Shown in pieces: positions 34,224 through 34,488 of a stretch of DNA of 34,488 bases. The notes below the pieces were generated by a model. The model did not search any database, was not told the DNA's origin, and saw only the letters and a list, made by a program, of their open reading frames with translations. The number at the start of each line of letters is the position of its first letter. The first letter of the stretch is position 1. Origin of the DNA: Lentisphaeria bacterium. GTDB taxonomy: Bacteria; Verrucomicrobiota; Lentisphaeria; Oligosphaerales; Oligosphaeraceae. Made by a program: the position numbers and the translations under genes. Location of the stretch: assembly GCA_045606125.1 (NCBI GenBank), contig JAZURH010000342.1, forward strand, positions 1-34,488, given 5' to 3'.

Positions 34224-34488
34224 TGCTTTTCTCCTCTGAATGTTGAATGAATTATTTAACTTTAGATAAACACAAGGCTAATTTAGCCTGTTTGCCGCAA
34301 TTAACCAGAGAATATAAAAAAAAAATCCACAATGTTTCATAATTTATCAATATCATGATTCAGTATGATTTTTGATAAAACTGTAAATCCCATAGCTTAC
34401 ATTTTGTCCCTGTAATTCATGTCAAATTGACCACATAATTCCACTTAACCTGCTCCTTAGATCTCATTCCCCCCACAATCTCATTCCC

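Overview
This is a 34.5-kb chromosomal window at about 48-50% GC, apparently from an anaerobic glycan-degrading bacterium. Gene content loosely suggests the PVC group (Lentisphaerota or Kiritimatiellota-like), but taxonomy cannot be established from the sequence alone. I found no rRNA, tRNA or CRISPR.

Gene order, left to right:
- Two tandem GspE/PilB-type secretion ATPases on the minus strand. The first is cut by the left edge and is absent from the ORF track.
- A decayed Gfo/Idh/MocA oxidoreductase remnant.
- A minus-strand AraC regulator, a divergent short glycyl-radical enzyme (GRE) and its radical-SAM activase, the last two joined by an ATGA overlap.
- A plus-strand housekeeping run: mannose-1-phosphate guanylyltransferase overlapping an MTH1-like Nudix hydrolase, DapA, and a membrane protein.
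- A tightly packed plus-strand train (gaps of 5-22 nt): an EamA transporter, a vWA membrane protein, a 1911-aa secreted protein with several lectin-like modules, a metallophosphoesterase, a secreted heparinase II/III-type lyase, and an uncharacterised 725-aa clan GH-A-like protein.
- A low-GC insert carrying an Rpn/YhgA-like PD-(D/E)XK nuclease.
- A divergent GH78-like / GH99-like (WbsX) pair.
- MgtE, a flavin-reductase protein with two rubredoxin modules, and a CBM9-like protein.

The best candidates for undescribed biology are the orphan GRE module, the train from the vWA protein to the GH-like protein, and a possible intragenic antitoxin inside the Rpn gene. All functional calls rest on motifs I read in the translations. 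No database search was run.
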